From Octopus sinensis (Eukaryota), in assembly GCF_006345805.1 (NCBI RefSeq), contig NC_043020.1:868001-932000 (forward strand): a stretch of 64,000 nt of DNA. Direction: 5' to 3'. A program made the position numbers and the translations under genes. The notes under the pieces are model-generated. The model worked only from the letters and a program-made list of their open reading frames with translations, searched no databases and was not told the origin of the DNA. The first letter of the stretch is position 1. Each line of letters opens with the position of its first letter. Shown in pieces: positions 37,896 to 51,940 of this stretch.

Positions 37896-38683
37896 AAATA
37901 TATATATACACACACATAATTATATATATATAAATATATATATACATATACACATAATTATATACATATAAATATATACACACATACACATATATATACA
38001 TACATATATGAATACATGTGTATATACATATAAATCCAAATGCACGCATACATATATGCACAAACACATGCACGCGCTTACAAGATATTAAACTAAGTGG
38101 TAGTTTACAACAACGCCATCTATTTTGTAAGCACTTGACATCAGGGTGTGCAAAAGATGATGATGATGATAATGACAAAAACCCTACTGATGCTGCTAAT
38201 GATGATGGGACGGACATGTCTGTTGTTTATTTCCTATATATATATTTTCCCTATCATAAACCAAGTAGTTTTAAATAAGATAAAGAAAGAAAAAAAAAAA
38301 AAAATAATAATAATAATATGTCTTTAATTCCATGTGTGACTATATTTTACTTCATTCACTCTCAGTGTTGGAAGCTTAATTCCAAATGGGTTGTTTTAAA
38401 TCGGTCCTTTTTTTTTTTTTTTTGTATTCCAGTTCTTCCTGTTGTAGCTGGCTTTTTTGTGTTGCAGGATCTTGGTTCTATTTTCTTTTCTTTTTTTTTT
38501 TTACCATTTTACTGTTTTGCATTTTATTTGTTTCTCCAACTCACTGCTACCTTAGCTAGGGTAAATGGCAAGAAATTAATGATAGGTTTTGTAAGAGGAA
38601 AAAAAAAAAAACTCAAATCCATATCTTATTCTAGCAATGATCCGACCAACCACAATTGTGTGTATGTGTGTATAAGTATATAC

Positions 38684-38731
<48 letters not shown>

Positions 38732-38757
38732 CATATGTATATATGATATATATATAC

Positions 38758-38804
<47 letters not shown>

Positions 38805-38867
38805 TATGTAATAGATATATTCATATGTATGTATATATATATTCATATGTATATATATATATATAAA

Positions 38868-38910
<43 letters not shown>

Positions 38911-39589
38911 ATAACATATACATATAAAATCTATATATAAATATATATATGAATATAATATATATATATAATATATAATATATTATATCTATATATATAT
39001 ATGTGTGGGTGGTGTATGTATGTATGTATTGTGATTTACTTGGCATTGCTGCCCTTCCTCTTTTAGAAATAATACCTTAAGAATGAAATATGTACAGGTA
39101 TAAATACAGGTGTGTGTGTGTGTTTTTATGTATGTAAAAAAGGAAAAAGTTTCAATGTATGTTTGTGAAGGGGCTTCTTGAAGAAATATATATTGCAGTA
39201 AATAGAAATTATATATACCTGGTGTCTGTATGTGCATACATCTGTGCACACACATATATCTGTGCATATGTGCAAGTTCATACACCTGAGCACATGCATA
39301 TGTGCATATGCACACTTTAAAGTTATGTTGTACAAACTGCTGAATATCAAATAGAAAGGATCAGTCTTCACTTTTCAGTTCAAGACCTGCCATATTCATT
39401 TCTGACAAAGAAAATGTTAATTGTAACTTCGAAGTCACTATCAACCTTTTCCTTGTGTGTGTATGTGTTGCAGGATCTTGGTTCTTTTTCCTTTTTTGTT
39501 ACTATTTTATTATTTTGCATTTTATTTATTTCTCCAACTCACTGCTACCTTAGCTAGGGTATGTATGTATGTATGTATGTGTGTGTATA

Positions 39590-39980
39590 GGTGCAAGAGT
39601 GGCTGCGTGGTAAGTAGCTCGCTTACCAACCACATGGTTCCGGGTTCAGTCCCACTGTGTGGCACCTTGGGTAAGTGTCTTCTACTATAGCTTCGAGCCA
39701 ACCAATGCCTTGTGAGTAGATTTGGTAGACAGAAACTGAAAGAAGCCTGTCGTATATATGTATATATATACATATATATGTGTGTCTGTGTTTGTCCCCC
39801 CAACATTGCTTGACAACCGATGCTGGTGTCTTTACGTCCCCGTAACTTAGTAGTACAGCAAAAGAGACCGATAGAATAAGTACTAGGCTTACAAAGAATA
39901 AGTCCTGGGGTCGATTTGCTTGACTAAAGGCGATGCTCCAGCATGGTCACAGTCAAATGACTGAAACAAGTAAAAGTGTA
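39590..39980 (+). mobile_element. SINE family A
   Basis: Full length. Confidence 0.85.
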
Positions 39981-40339
39981 AAAAAGCATGCACACCTTTT
40001 TTTCACTTCCTTTCCCATGCCTGATTCGTTCGTATACCATTCTTCTGCTTTGTTTTGCATCAGAATCCTCTGACTCCGATGTGGTTAGCATTAGTTCTTT
40101 AAGGTCATTCACTTTTTCTCAGATAGATCAGTGGACTGGTTGAGCAAACTGACCAATGAACCAATCTACCAATCTACAATGGCTATCAGAAACAGTCGAA
40201 GAATTATTACAATAAAAGAATATGCAATGACCATTATTTATCGTCGTCAGCTTTATCTTGTATCCAAGAATTTATTTCCTTCTTTGCTGAATGCTTTCTT
40301 TATGGTGATGCCACTGATGACTCTGCAGACCAATTCTTG

Positions 40340-40960
40340 CATAGAAGAGTCAACGGCATTGACCGCATGGCAATGTTGGTGGAGGTCAAGTTTGATTATG
40401 TCCAGCCTTTCTCTCCTGACATTTGATTTCTTCCCTTTCTCTTCTGATGGCTTCAAACTTTTGGCTCCGATGGTGATGGAACACTGCCACTTGGTACGAT
40501 TTAGGACCAATTCCAGTGGCTTTCAGTGTTGGTTTGAGTCGGTCATTGTATCTTCAAAGAAGGCAGCCCCTTGGTCTTTTTCCTGAAGTGGGCTCACTGA
40601 ATAAGACTCGGTGTAGGAACATTGACTCTTCCATCCTTGCTACATGTCCTGACCATCGGAGATGGCATTTCATGATTGGCAATTCGGGACGTACATAGTG
40701 TTCCCATTTGATGCTCAATGAAGCTCTTGTTGGTGAAAGCATTCTAATATTCTAATTCCTGGACTTTGCGACAATAAATAGAGTCCAGATTTGGCAGCCA
40801 TATAACAAGGTTGAAATGATAACATTGTTATAAACCATAATTTTCATTAAATTAAGATCCTTGTTGTTGAAGACTCATTTAGTTAACTTTCCAGATGCCC
40901 TGTATGCAGCTCTAATTCTGTGTTCCACACCTTTGTTCTTATAACTGTTCGGGTGTTTAT
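40340..40960 (-). mobile_element. RTE-clade LINE 3' fragment
   Basis: EHRIRAAYRASGKLTK*VFNNKDL...VIISTLLYGCQIWTL...LRWSGHVARMEES..HRVLFSE..SGKRPRG follows the RTE thumb/C-terminal pattern. Confidence 0.8.
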
Positions 40961-41324
40961 AAACCCCAAAAAGAAGCACACCCTAAGAAATTTCTTTGAG
41001 CAGTAATACTTTATATAGTTATTGGTTAAGGCCAGTCAGAAAGCTACTGTTGGTTTCACATCTGTTATAGCTATTAACAATGTACACGAGTCATATATAC
41101 AGGTACACGAGTCAGACCTTCTGGCCAGAGGAGCTTGACCTCTTTACTAATCGAGGTAAGAATTATAGTCTTGGTTAGTATGGTTGTAAAAAAAAAAACT
41201 CTTAAAATTCTTCAAAGCAAAAAATCCCTTTCTGGGCAAGAAGTAGTTATCTCTCTTTAAACAGTTCCAGTTGTGACCAAAAGTATTCAACACTTTAGCT
41301 ATCTCTAGAGGTACAAACAGACAC

Positions 41325-41600
41325 ACCCTAGATAGACTTAGGATGAACCTAATTCTCATGCTTTGCTCCCCTTGGTCTTAAGATTACAATTGAGACCAAT
41401 CTATATATTGTAGTTAACTTTTTAGATGTTATGCTCAATCTGGGTAACCTTTTCATACAGGCCCTACTACAAACCAAATGAAAGGCCCTCATATATTAAC
41501 ACAGCCTCCGGTCTCTCACCTGTTGTGTTTAAAAAACTTGCGAAGGATGTCAGTCAGAGGATTTCAAACCTGTTCTTGAATAAAGACATTTTCAATTCCT
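41325..41600 (+). mobile_element. Penelope-like element RT fragment
   Basis: GLKITIETNL.IVVNFLDVMLNL..SYRPYYKPNERPSYINTAS...FKKLAKDVSQRISNL resembles PLE LKITIE..VNFLDVTLNL..YRPYRKPN..PLYI..S.HPP..KQLPK.IS.RIS. Confidence 0.75.
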
Positions 41601-41674
41601 TGCCCTCCGTCCTCCGTTACATGGAAGCAGAAATGTTATCCTAGGACCAGAAACTAAACCCAAATGCTTACAGT

Positions 41675-42095
41675 AGGCGCAGGAGTGGCTGTGTGGTAAG
41701 TAGCTTGTTTACCAACCACATGATTCCGGGTTCAGTCCCACTGCGTGGCACCTTGGGCAAGTGTCTTCTACTATAGCCTCGGGCCGACCAATGCCTTGTG
41801 AGTGGATTTGGTAGACGGAAACTGAAAGAAGCCCGTCGTATATACGTATATATATATATATATACGTGTGTGTGTTTGTGTGTCTGTGTTTGTCCCCCTA
41901 GCATTGCTTGACAACCGATGCTGGTGTGTTTATGTCCCCGTTACTTAGCGGTTCGGCAAAAGAGACCGATAGAATAAGTACTGGGCTTACAAAAGAATAA
42001 GTCCCCAGGGTCGAGTTGCTCGATTAAAAAGGCGGTGCTCCAGCATGGCCGCAGTCAAATGAGTGAAACAAGTAAAAGAGTAAAAGAGTAAAGAG
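41675..42095 (+). mobile_element. SINE family A
   Basis: Full length and close to the family consensus seen in this window. Confidence 0.9.
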
Positions 42096-42427
42096 TAAGG
42101 AGTAGTGTAGATTCTGCAAACTTCTCCTAAAGGCCTGGCAATGGTGTTAAACAAGGTGATATATTAAGTCTAGCCCTGAATATGATAAATCCATCTATTA
42201 ACTAAATATAGATTTGACTACAGCAGTTCTTGGTTATATATAAATTTGAATGTTGCCACTGAAAAATCCAACTGGAACTTAAATGGTGACTGTTTGACAT
42301 TGATACTTGCTTAGTAAATTATATTTCACTTGCTATGATATATTTGGTCGGAACTTTAATAATGGCAGCGCTTGATTTACAGACGTTGAGGATTTTTCAA
42401 ATCACAAATATTCTCTAGCAGGTCATA

Positions 42428-42484
<57 letters not shown>

Positions 42485-42713
42485 GTGTGTGTGTGTGTGT
42501 ATGTGTGTGTGTATGTATGTATGTATACACACATGCACAAATACATACATATTTATACATACATACACACATACATAGATTCAAACATACATACATACAT
42601 ACATAGATACATACATGCACACATACATACATACATACATACATACACACACACATACACAAATACATACATATTTATACATAGATACATACATACATGC
42701 ATACATGCATACA

Positions 42714-42744
<31 letters not shown>

Positions 42745-44292
42745 TTATACATACATATATACATACATACATATTTATACATACATATATACATACATAC
42801 ATATTTATACATACATATATACATACATACATATTTATACATACATATATACATACATACATATTTATACATACATATATACATACATACATATTTATAC
42901 ATTCATACATACAGTCTTGTCTATGTCAGGTAGATTTATTTGATTAATATTGTCGATAGTTCCAAAGATAAAGACTATATTATTTCGGGACACCATAAAA
43001 TTCATTCTTTCTAGTTTTGCATTTTTGATTTTGATTTCCATCGCAAAAATATAAAAAAAGGTAAATAAATAAATAACCAAACGAATGAATTGCAGGGCAA
43101 AACTGAACCAACACAAAATTCATTGTTAACATGTTACACACACACAGACACACACACATACACAAATACACACACCTTATGAAATTATTTGTTGCACATA
43201 TGTATATATACACACACAGATATTATATATTATATTTCTAATATATGCGTGAGAGGGTGTGGAGAGAGAGATAATTTGTATGGTATCAGTGTATAAGCAT
43301 GCACAAATATCTACACACACATACATCTACATACATACATATATACACATACATATACAATGCATATACATGTGTGTGTGTGTATCAGTACATACATATA
43401 TGCATATTATGTGTGTCTATGTATATATGTATGTATGTATCTATGTATGAATGTATGTATGTATATATGTATGTATGTTTCATGTCTGTATGTTGTATGT
43501 ATGTGTATGGATATGTATGTAGTGTATGTATATATATATGTATGTAATGTATGTATGTATATATGCATATATGTATGTATATGGTATGTATGTATACACC
43601 CCATCATCAAAAGAGCACCAGATATATTTACCGAAAGGATTCATTGGGAAAGGAGACGGGGTGGGGGTGTGATGTGGGGTGGGGGGGAGACAGAGAGAGA
43701 AGAAATATTTTATTTTGCCGAGTTCCTGGCACTATATTTTTGACATTTTGATTAATGTAGAATTGTTCCCATTTTGACAAGTCTTGGAAATCCAAAGTTT
43801 GTATTAATCTCGTGTTTCATACAACTGTAGCATCAATTCCATACATAACAACAACAGCAACAACGACGACAACAACATCAACAATAGCAACATTGCTTTT
43901 ACAAAAATATGAAAAATACAAAAAAAAAAAGAGCAGAAACCAACAAAACAAAACATGATGAATTCCTTTAAATTCCATTGCTTTCAAGTATTTACCATTT
44001 TGTTTTGGGTTTCCTTTTTTCGCTTTTTCCTTAAATATTCTTGGAGTTTATTAATGATTAAAATCTGCTTTAACCCTTTAATCTCTGAAATTACCAGCGC
44101 CTTCTCTCACTGTGTGTGTGTGTGGTGCGAACTGTGGTGGATGGCGCGGTTCTTCTTCTTGTTGTATTTTTGCCACGACATTGTATGATTACAGATCTGT
44201 GTGAAAGAAAAACAGGAAAGAATTCTTGAAGATGGACATGTTTGGATTCTCTGTTAGGAACTCTGTGTGTGTGTGTGTGTGCATTTAGACAT

Positions 44293-44474
44293 AGGCGCAG
44301 GAGTGGCTGTGTGGTAAGTAACTTGCTTACCAACCACATGGTTCCGGGTTCAGTCCCACTGCGTGGCACCTTGGGCAAGTGTTTTCTACTATAGCCTCGG
44401 GCCGACCAAAGCCTTGTGAGTGGATTTGGTAGACGAAAACTGAAAGAAGCCCGTCGTATATATGTATATATATC

Positions 44475-44521
<47 letters not shown>

Positions 44522-44708
44522 TGTGTGTCCCCCTAGCATTGCTTGACAACTGATGCTGGTGTGTTTACATCCCGGTAACTTAGCAGTTCAGCAAAAGCGA
44601 CCGATAGAATAAATACCAGGTTTACAAAGAATAAGTCCTGGGGTCGATTTGTTCGATTAAAGGCGCTACTTCAGCATGGCCACAGTCAAATGACAAACAA
44701 GTAAAAGA
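44293..44708 (+). mobile_element. SINE family A
   Basis: Full length. Confidence 0.9.
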
Positions 44709-44766
44709 ACATATATACATACATATATATATACATACATATATATATATATTATATAGATATATA

Positions 44767-44817
<51 letters not shown>

Positions 44818-44818
44818 G

Positions 44819-44927
<109 letters not shown>

Positions 44928-45599
44928 GTATAAAATACATGTTAGTATGGCTCGTTATTAGCCCCTACATCAGGCTATTACCTCTCTTACTTAACTGAAT
45001 ACTGTTTATTTGTTAGTATATACACGTGTATGTGCATGTGTCTTACTTTCACTTTCATGCCTCCTTCCCCCACCCCGCCATTCCTTTGTCTTGTCCCCAC
45101 CCATCCAACCCCCCTCTCACTTTTTATCACAAAGCAATTATTTCAGCAATTCAATCGGAGTAAATCAAGTTCATTTTTTTTCATTTCTTTTTCTTTGTTT
45201 CTTTCCACCCCTCCCCACCCCCCGCTTCCCTACTGTTTTTTTTATTTTGTTTTTTTTTTTTTTCAAAGTTGATTTCAAACTAATTGCCAGTGAACTGATT
45301 GTCTAATTAACAAATTGTTTATTGTGTGTGTGTGTTTTTTTTGTCTCAGATGAACCTACCAGGAAGGTAGTCACCTCGAAAAACCCCACCCACACCCTCA
45401 CCATCCACCCCACCCCAATCCTACCCTTATCCCACCCTCCGCTATTATGCTCTATCTAGTCCCCCCCACCTCCAAAAACATATATATAAACAACGAAATA
45501 AACCACTAAAGAATACAAGATAAGCTGTTGACCAAATTAAAAACCTTTTTCCTTTCTTCTTCTTCTTCTCCATCTTCCATCTTGCTCATTTCTTTTTCT

Positions 45600-46035
45600 T
45601 CTTCCTGTCTTCTTCATCAATAGATACTTCGTCATCTACTCTTCTTCTTCTTCTCTCTAATTAACTTGCCATATAATAATTGCTTGTCTATAAATGCTCC
45701 ATGTTTGTTTTCTGGTCTTATTTGACTTTTCTCTTTCACCGCAATTAATATTGTTAATGTTATTATTATTATTTATTATTATTATTATTATTATTTCTTC
45801 TTTATTTTCTTTATGTATTCTCATCATCATTATTATCATTATTATTATTGTCGTTGCTGTTCGTGCCATCATCATCATTGCTCTTATTTCTTCTTCTTCT
45901 TGTTCTTGTTCTTCTTTTCTTCTTCTTCTTCATCATCATCATCATCATCTTCTTCTTTTTCTTCTTCTTCATCATCATCATCATCATCATCATCTTCTTT
46001 TTCTTATTATTTTTCTTCTTCTTCTTCATCGTCAT

Positions 46036-46106
<71 letters not shown>

Positions 46107-46190
46107 CATTATTATTTCTTCTTTACTTTCTTTACGTATTCTCATCATCATCATTGCTCTTATTGTTTTTATTGCTGGTGTTGTAGTTAC

Positions 46191-46226
<36 letters not shown>

Positions 46227-46290
46227 GATTGTTGTTGTTGTTGTTATTTTCATCTATGGTATTGCTGCAGCAGTTACTAATTACCGGTAG
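45600..46290. repeat. Compound TCT/TCA/TAT trinucleotide tract
   Basis: Direct inspection. Confidence 0.9.
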
Positions 46291-46674
46291 CATTAACCAC
46301 CAGTAATAACGCAAACTAGCTTTAACTTAGTTACCGATATAAAAGTTACTCTGTTTCAAACTTGTTTCTCCTTTTCCTTTTCCTTTTTCCTTTTTTTCTA
46401 GTCTAAGAGGAGAGATATCCAAGGAAGAACAGCAGTAATAGTGAAGGGTGGGAATTGTGGAGGGGTGGATGAGCAGGGTGGCAGCTATGAATAAAAGACA
46501 AACCTTATGAACAAGTACTTTCGCTGGATAGTAATTTTTTCTTCTTTTTTGCATCCATTTCTGTGTGGGTTTTTTTAGGGTTTTCTTGTTTTCCACTATT
46601 TTTGTAGTGACATGTTATTGTTCATGACAGCATATCAGGTCAAATCAAACTCATGGTTCACACACACACACACA

Positions 46675-46709
<35 letters not shown>

Positions 46710-46842
46710 ATTTGTGTTTGTATATATGTATGAGTATATAATATATATATATATGTTTGTGCATGTATCTATATGTGTCTATGTCGATATATATATACAC
46801 ACACACATCCATGTATATCTGTTGTATGTATATATACATTTA

Positions 46843-46905
<63 letters not shown>

Positions 46906-46980
46906 ATATGTATGCATGTGCATACATATCTGTGCGTACACATACATCTATGTATACATGTATATATCTATCTATCTATC

Positions 46981-47013
<33 letters not shown>

Positions 47014-47644
47014 GTATATGCATGTATCTCCATACATATGTTTGTGTGGACACATACATCAATGCAAATTTGTTGCTATATATACATATAAATGTATTTA
47101 TGTGTATGTATGCATATTTCTCTCTCTCTCTCTCTCTCTGTATGCATGTTCATTAAGGGTTCATACAGGTGTAAATTGTAAATAAGTTTAAGACTTACCC
47201 AATACGTTTACGCCATGTTGGTTCTTCTCATTTTTACACATCATTGTGCATAAAAAAACCTTTGCGCAAATTATTTTCTTGCAACAAAAGCATGCATAAT
47301 ACCGAACATATAATTAGCATAATTGTTAATTAGCTACTGCTTTATTTCAGGTAACTAACCTCTTGTGCACACTTCAATTTCATATATATATATATACTTG
47401 TGGCAAAACATTTGTGTGCACGCGTACACCTCAAATAGGAAAGACACTCTTAATTGAAATGATATATCATTTTTATTGACTGCCGTACCTGTCTGAGTTG
47501 CTCTTCATAGTGTCTTCTTTCTGAGCTTATTTGTGTCGTTGTTGTTGTTGTCGTTGTTATCCTAATGGAATAAGGAATTTCTTAATAGATCTTGCAAAGT
47601 TCACTTTCTTTCATTTTTTTTTATATTTGTTTCATTCATTGAAA

Positions 47645-48260
47645 GGTGCAGGCGGGTGGCTGTGTGGTAAGAAGCTTGGTAAGAGACGGTGAGCTGGCAG
47701 AAACGTTAGCACGGTGGGCGAAATGTTTAGTGACGTTCTGAGTTCAAATTTCACTGAGGTCGACTTTGCCTTTCATCCTTTCGGGGTCAATAAATTAAGT
47801 ACCAGCTGCGTATTGGGATCGATCTAATCGACTGGCCCCACTTTCTCCAAAACTTTCGGGCTTTGTGCCTAGAGTAGAAAAAATATTTCGATGTGTTAAG
47901 GCAGCGAGCTGGTAGAAACGTTAGCACGGCGGGCGAAATGTTTAGTGGAATTTTGTCTGCCGCTATGTTCTGAGTTCAAATTTTGCCGAGGTCGACTTTG
48001 CTTTTCATCCTTTCGGGGTCGATAAATTAAGTACAAGTCACGCACTGGGGTCGATGTAATCGACTTAATCCCTGTGTCTGTCCTTGTTTGTTCCCTCTAT
48101 GTTTAGCCCCTTGTGGGCAATAAAGAAATAAGAAACTTGCTTCTCAACCACATGGTTCCAGGTTCAGTCCCACTCCATGGCACGTTGGGCAAGTGTCTTC
48201 TACTATATCGTAGAGCTGACTGAAGCTTTGTGTGTAGATTTGGTGAATGGAAACTGCGTT
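47645..48260 (+). mobile_element. SINE A head interrupted by two SINE B copies
   Basis: The A head stops at gtaagaagcttg (~47680). B copies lie at ~47688-47890 and ~47898-48132, and A resumes at taagaaacttgcttctcaaccac. Confidence 0.75.
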
Positions 48261-48324
48261 TCATGCGTATTCATCAATTTATATTTCCATCATATTCTAT
48301 TAAAATTTCTTACTGACGAGTTTC

Positions 48325-48458
48325 ATTTCCTCATTTCCCCGAAGAGAAGATTACATTGTTTTACACCATTTTATTCCTTTGGAATAATATCAATGATATC
48401 TTTGAAACATGTGTCGGAAGTAAAAGAATTTGAATAACACCTGCATGTAACTCCATTT

Positions 48459-48489
<31 letters not shown>

Positions 48490-48622
48490 TATATTTTACA
48501 AAATATTTCATGTAAATCCAGAGTTTCTACCTTTAAAAACAAGCTGTTACGCCCTTTTTACTTGTGTGATTTTTTGCTACCCTGGTAACTATTTATCTAT
48601 TTTTTCCGTGTTAATTGTAAAC
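48325..48622 (+). mobile_element. Hammerhead-bearing dispersed repeat, copy 2
   Basis: Homologous to 30915-31170 in inverted orientation, with an expanded internal (ttta)n. Confidence 0.65.
48333..48421 (+). ncRNA. Degenerate second copy of the hammerhead motif
   Basis: atttcc-CCGAAGA-gaagattacattg...gatatcttt-GAAA-C-atgt-G-TC-ggaagt. Homologous to 31087-31170, with U4 changed to C and a non-palindromic stem III loop. Confidence 0.55.
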
Positions 48623-48646
48623 AAGGGAAAAATACACACATCAATT

Positions 48647-48689
<43 letters not shown>

Positions 48690-49569
48690 AGGATTCCAAA
48701 ACTGACTTCGCCTGTGCTGGTACCACATAAAAAGCACTCAGTCTCCTCTGCAGAGTGGTTGGTGGTAGGAAGAGCATCCAGCCATAAAAACCTTGCCAAA
48801 ACAGATACTGAAGCCTGGTGCAGTTTTTGTCTGACCAGCTCCTGCCAAACTGTCCAACCCATGCCAGCACAGAAAGTGGATGATGAGACATCCATCCATC
48901 CATACATATATTTGTTGCGTGAGTTACACACGATATAATCGGTTTTATGCTGATATCCTCTGCAGTACAAAAGCATTGCATCGTGTCCTTGAAAAATCTT
49001 GCCTCCACACAGATATGTGTATGCATAAACATATAAATTTTCACTAAAAACTATAACAATGTGTAACAAAAACATCTTTAAATGACAGTCTGACCATCTG
49101 CCAAGCAAATGGGAAGCAGTAATTGAAGTAGATGGTGAATATGCTCCGGAATAACCATTTAAAGATGTTTTTGTTACATGTTGTTATTGTTTTTGTTGAA
49201 TAAAATTTATTGGAAAAAGCCACAATAATAACGCCCCAACCCAATCTATATATATATATATATGTATAATAAACATATACATACATATGTTTGGGAGTGT
49301 GTACAAGTAGTGACTGTAAGTTTCTATAAGCAGGTATGTGTGTATGTATGTATAGATATAGATGCTGGCTATATACATAGTATCTTATAAACATATATAT
49401 ACATCCATAAAAACTTTATTCTACTTTTTAGTCAATGCTGTATATTTCAGTAAGCTTATTGTCATTTTTACCTGTACCATTATTACTGTTCACCATATAT
49501 ATATATATACACACACACACACTTGCACACATGTATACATAAACATATGAAAGCTGATTATGTGTGTGA

Positions 49570-49623
<54 letters not shown>

Positions 49624-49726
49624 GTGTGCACGCCACACACACATTGATGCAAGTATGGTCAGGTGGATATCGAAACATTGTTTAATATAAATATACATGT
49701 GTGTGTATGTGTCTAAATACATTAAT

Positions 49727-49758
<32 letters not shown>

Positions 49759-49858
49759 GTATATTAACGTATATATCAATATGTTTAAATATGTGTGCAT
49801 GCTTTCAAAACATATATACTGGTATATGAAAAATATTACCAACCTACATACATACATG

Positions 49859-49918
<60 letters not shown>

Positions 49919-50236
49919 TCAGACAGCACAGCACCAAAGGAAAAAGAGGGGAAAAAAAGAAGACAGATGCCATAATATATGTCAACCATTTTGTTTTATC
50001 CTGTCACAATCATCATTTTCATTATTAATTTTTCTGTTTTTATTTTATCTCATTTCTGTTATTGTTCTTCTTCTTCTTCTTCTTCTTCTTATTATTATTA
50101 TGATTATAAACTAAATTTAAATATTTCAATTTTTTTTTATTTTTCCCCATTGTACAATCTCTTTTTCACATTTCATATACTTGTTCTGGCTTGTTCGATT
50201 TTATTTCCATTTTTTTTTCTGGCTATTCTTCTTCTT

Positions 50237-50267
<31 letters not shown>

Positions 50268-50657
50268 GTGTTCTTGTGTATCTTTGGTGTTGTTTGTAAT
50301 TCTTCTTCCTTTTCCACAGACATTCAGATTTTTACCATTTACCATTTCCATAATCTACATTGTTAGTTGAATAACTCAAAGACTCCTATACAATGAGGCA
50401 CAATGGGAGGACCTTTTAATTTTGTCTCTCGTGTGGTATGGTTGTATTGCTCGAAAACAAAATTTTAATGTGCCTTTTCTATGCTAACCTCAGTAGGGAA
50501 GTTAGCACAGGGGAGGCAAATTTGGAAAGGGATTTAATCTTTTTCACTCTGTAGAATTTACACAGGTCCCATTAGTATTGATGTTGAAGATATGAAAGGT
50601 GAAGATGACCTCAGCAGCAATAAAATCATTCTTTCTTCCTTAAATAGCTTCTCTTAA

Positions 50658-50868
50658 CCCTTTCGTTCCCAACCTGGCTGAAACCGGCTCTGGCTCTGTA
50701 GTACAAATGTCTTGTTTTCATAAGTTTTGAATTAAAATCTTCCACCAAATCTTAGTCACAATTTTATGTTCCTGACACTAGCTGAATGATAACTAAGTTA
50801 TTTTACTAAATTCTTTGTTATATTTAAAGTAATTGAAAGAAACACAGAGCATCTCAAAATAAATTCAG
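50658..50868 (+). mobile_element. piggyBac-like MITE, left part
   Basis: TTAA|CCCTTTCGTT start; the body is shared with 21697-21869. Confidence 0.65.
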
Positions 50869-50989
50869 CAACATGGAAGTACAGTAATGTCAGTATGACT
50901 AGGAATGCCAATTAGAACCAATCATAGATTGATATTGAATAGAAGCATTTGTTATTGATCATGTAACTGGATAGCAGTATCACCACCAC

Positions 50990-51285
50990 TTCAAGGTATG
51001 TTTATAAGTGTCAACCAGCTCTGTGTATTTTAGTCAGTTTTGGTGTGGATAGTTTATTGAATGGAATTATTCAGTTAACCATAGATTGTACTATTTCGAG
51101 CTATTACTGAATGAGGTAACTCTGTCCAAAATAGACTATGTGACGTCGGTTGAGGTACTCTGATCTTTACGCTGCCAGATGTGTTGTGAGAAAGATGTAT
51201 TATTTTCTTTATAGCAGTGCCTGAGAGAGAGAGAGAGAGAGAGAGAATTCATGTGTTGGTATAGTCTGTTCTTAAATAACCATAT
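50990..51285 (-). mobile_element. Penelope-like GIY-YIG C-terminal fragment, copy 1
   Basis: LFKNRLYQHMNS..RHCYKENNTSFSQHIWQRKDQ...T*SILDRVTSFSNSSK*YNLWLTE resembles PLE FKQRY..HK.SFR...T.LSKYIW.LKD...WSIL.....Y.N..K.CNLCL.EK. Confidence 0.65.
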
Positions 51286-51654
51286 TATATATGACAGGCT
51301 TCCACAGTTTCCGGTTACCATATTCACTCACAAATGCCTTGAAGGGTTTGCTCAAACAAATTAGCCCAGTACATATTTTGTACTTATTCTATCACTCTCT
51401 TTTGCCAAACTACTAAGTTACAGGGAGATTAACAAATCAACACTGGCTGTCAAGCAGTGATCGGGAAAAACACAAATGATACGTGCACGTGCATACATGC
51501 ACACACATACATACACACAAATGATACGTGCCAGTTTTCATGGTTTCAACTTGGTGTCTAGATGTTTGGGCATGAACAATCTTTGGTAGAATTTTGTAAT
51601 AGTTGAGAAAACAAAATACTTGTGCTACACCCAGTACTTTGTTGCCTTAAACAG

Positions 51655-51940
51655 ATGCAGAAAAATCTTCAGGCTATGTCTACAAGCAACAATCCGTTGT
51701 GTATTTTAGTCATTTTTGGTGTGGATAATGCATTGAATGGAATTTTTCGGTTTAACACATACTGCAGCACTTTGAGCCATTACTGAATGAAGTAACCTTC
51801 TCCAAAACAGACCATGTAATGTTGACTGATACACTCCAATTTTTATACTACCAGCTGTGTTATGAGAACGATGTATTATTTTCCCTGTAGCAGTGCATGA
51901 GAGAGAGAGTTCATGTGTTGGTTTTATCTGCTCTTAAATA
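51655..51940 (-). mobile_element. Penelope-like GIY-YIG C-terminal fragment, copy 2
   Basis: ITWSVLEKVTSFSNGSKCCSMC*TEKFH...CRHSLKIFL; a diverged direct repeat of copy 1. Confidence 0.65.

Noticed and set aside
42140-42175. GVKQGDILSL, resembling a LINE RT motif (also a DMVIFAE-like stretch near 23410)
   Set aside because: The motifs are isolated and the surrounding translation is not recognisable, so they are too short to call.
43657-43687. G-run cluster able to form a G-quadruplex (a C-rich counterpart lies at ~45365-45475)
   Set aside because: Such runs are common in this low-complexity background and there is no functional context.
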